Source: an uncultured Rivularia sp.
GTDB lineage: Bacteria > Cyanobacteriota > Cyanobacteriia > Cyanobacteriales > Nostocaceae
NCBI GenBank assembly: GCA_963665115.1
Contig: OY762007.1
Span: 3,296,001-3,360,000, forward strand
Direction of reading: 5' to 3'
DNA length: 64,000 nucleotides
Shown: positions 62,493 to 64,000 of the stretch, piece after piece
Numbering within the stretch: position 1 is the first letter of the stretch
Layout: the number at the start of each line of letters is the position of its first letter
Notes under the pieces: generated by a model
The model's database searches: none
Told to the model about the DNA's origin: nothing
The model's input: the letters and a program-made list of their open reading frames with translations, nothing else
Position numbers and translations under genes: made by a program

Positions 62493-62896
62493 GAATTGGG
62501 CATAGGGAATAGTTAGGAGTGAGTAGTGAGTAGTGAGTAGTTAGTAGTGAGTAGTTAGTAGTAAGTGGTGAGTGGTGAGTAGTTAAGCTGATGTGCAGCT
62601 AAATTATATAATGCGTTAGCGCAGCGTGTCCGAAGGACATAAAAGTGAAAGTATTGTAGTGCTGCCTTCGCAGCGTGTCCGCCAGGACAAGCATCTTGCA
62701 CGAAGGGTATTATACAAATTAAGTGCGTAACAGCTTAGGAGTGAGTAGTAAGTAGTGAGTAGTAAGTAGTGAGTTAAATACTTCTCTTAGATTATTGTCA
62801 GAGGGCTGCTCAACTATTTCTTACTCTTTACTCGCTACTCTTTACTCACTACTTTAAGAATCTCCCAATGCCCCATGCCCCATGCCCAATTCCCTA
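62493..62896. repeat. Composite inverted heptamer-array element interrupted by a MITE
   Basis: TTGGGCA units, (TAGTGAG)n, a core, CTACTC units, CTACTTTAAGAAT, then (TGCCCCA)n. Confidence 0.8.
62584..62737. mobile_element. MITE-like element (about 154 bp) inserted in a heptamer array
   Basis: Arms TAAGCTGATGTGCAGCTAAATTATATAAT / ATTATACAAATTAAGTGCGTAACAGCTTA; two internal GCAGCGTGTCCG..AGGACA modules. Confidence 0.75.
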
Positions 62897-62900
62897 TTTT

Positions 62901-63902
62901 TTATTTTTTATAAATTAAAAATACCGAACCAATCGCTCCGAAATTTTCAACATAAGTTTTATTATCGTAAAATAATCCAGGAGATTCGCCTCCATCAAAT
63001 AATATTCCTTCTTGAATTTTTCCTAAGCAGTTATTCCGAGCAATACCTTCTAAAACATCATCAAACATATCTGGTAAAAGCTCTCGATTAACTTCGGTTG
63101 TTTGAATATCGGAATTCGCTCTATTGTCATTTACTAATAAAATCGCATAACCTTTAGTTGTAGTCGCAGCCATCGAACGATTTATGGCTCTTTTACAAGC
63201 AAACTCTCCTAAAGCTTCACAAATATCTTTGAATTCGCCGTTACGATAAAATCTACCGTTACCTCCGACTATGTTGTAATTAAGAATATCGCGATTTCTT
63301 CTACCTACCCCAATAGTCGCTTGACGCTGAGAAGGTTCACCTCCGGATACCCCGAAAGAAGAACGCTTATTTCTAAAATCTCCCGAATAGCTAATTCCCC
63401 GTGAAATATTTAAACCTTGGGGTTTATCATCTACATCAATATAATCCGCATTAATTGCGGCTATCGGTTTTTTTCCATTCAATAAAGAGTTGTCATCGCT
63501 GATTATTTCGCGAAATAGTTTAGGAACATATTCTTTACGCAATTTTCCGCTTTCATTTTTAGCGTAAATTTTATGATCTAAACCTACATTTACCTTAAAA
63601 TCTAGCTCCTTTGATTTAGGATTAAAAATAATTACATGATTAATCCCTCGATCAAATTTTTCACCTAAATTATTGGTTTTGAAAAATTTAATACTGAAAT
63701 TATTGTTTTCCCCGAGACAATTAGCTGAAGATTTTTTGACTATTTTATCTACTATATTCTTTTCTGATATATTTTCTTCTTGGGTAACTATTGATGGCTT
63801 CTGGGCTAAGTCTGACGAATTATCGTTACTTTGCCTATAAGAACGAAAAAAAAAGACCCCGGCAGCTATTAATATTAACCAAAAAAAATTTTTTTTGAAC
63901 AT
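62901..63902 (-). CDS. Phosphodiester glycosidase (NAGPA-like) family exported protein
   Basis: N-terminal TM anchor; AAINADY, RSMA and LFDGGES motifs. Confidence 0.7.
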   Translation of the reverse strand: MFKKNFFWLILIAAGVFFFRSYRQSNDNSSDLAQKPSIVTQEENISEKNIVDKIVKKSSANCLGENNNFSIKFFKTNNLGEKFDRGINHVIIFNPKSKELDFKVNVGLDHKIYAKNESGKLRKEYVPKLFREIISDDNSLLNGKKPIAAINADYIDVDDKPQGLNISRGISYSGDFRNKRSSFGVSGGEPSQRQATIGVGRRNRDILNYNIVGGNGRFYRNGEFKDICEALGEFACKRAINRSMAATTTKGYAILLVNDNRANSDIQTTEVNRELLPDMFDDVLEGIARNNCLGKIQEGILFDGGESPGLFYDNKTYVENFGAIGSVFLIYKK

Positions 63903-64000
63903 AATCTTACAATTAACGAATAAAATATTATTTGCACCCTAACAGGTGAACGGGTATCTCCTATGTTCTTACCGAAGGAAACACCTTGCAATAATAACTT

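Overview
AT-rich chromosomal window from a filamentous cyanobacterium, most likely Nostocales (frequent HIP1 GCGATCGC, 7-mer STRR-type tandem repeats, small dispersed palindromic repeats and MITE-like elements). It contains the replication origin (dnaA-oriC-dnaN, seven perfect TTTTCCACA boxes) and the 5' part of topA. Core genes include the sufR/sufBCDS locus with both SufR operators, an Rbp RNA-binding protein, a Cu-type P1B ATPase, iscA, zds (crtQ), cobQ, prxQ, an ABC-2 exporter, def, an HtrA protease, a 4-GAF AphC-like photoreceptor kinase and a Get3/ArsA ATPase. An 11.4 kb nine-gene cluster encodes five glycosyltransferases, a sulfotransferase, a flippase, a UGM-like flavoprotein and a GT-C-like membrane protein. 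Most notable: (1) three genes (a CopG-type regulator missed by the ORF track, a GT4, htrA) each carry a single +1 frameshift that maps onto or next to a GGCC site, suggesting a methylation-linked sequencing artefact rather than real pseudogenes; (2) a candidate sulfated-glycan pathway; (3) a potentially three-colour bilin sensor kinase; (4) a structured iscA leader; (5) a phycobiliprotein/globin-like orphan ORF; (6) nested, Russian-doll repeat elements. No tRNA, rRNA, CRISPR array or intact transposase was seen. All family calls come from motif recognition by eye; no database search was run.
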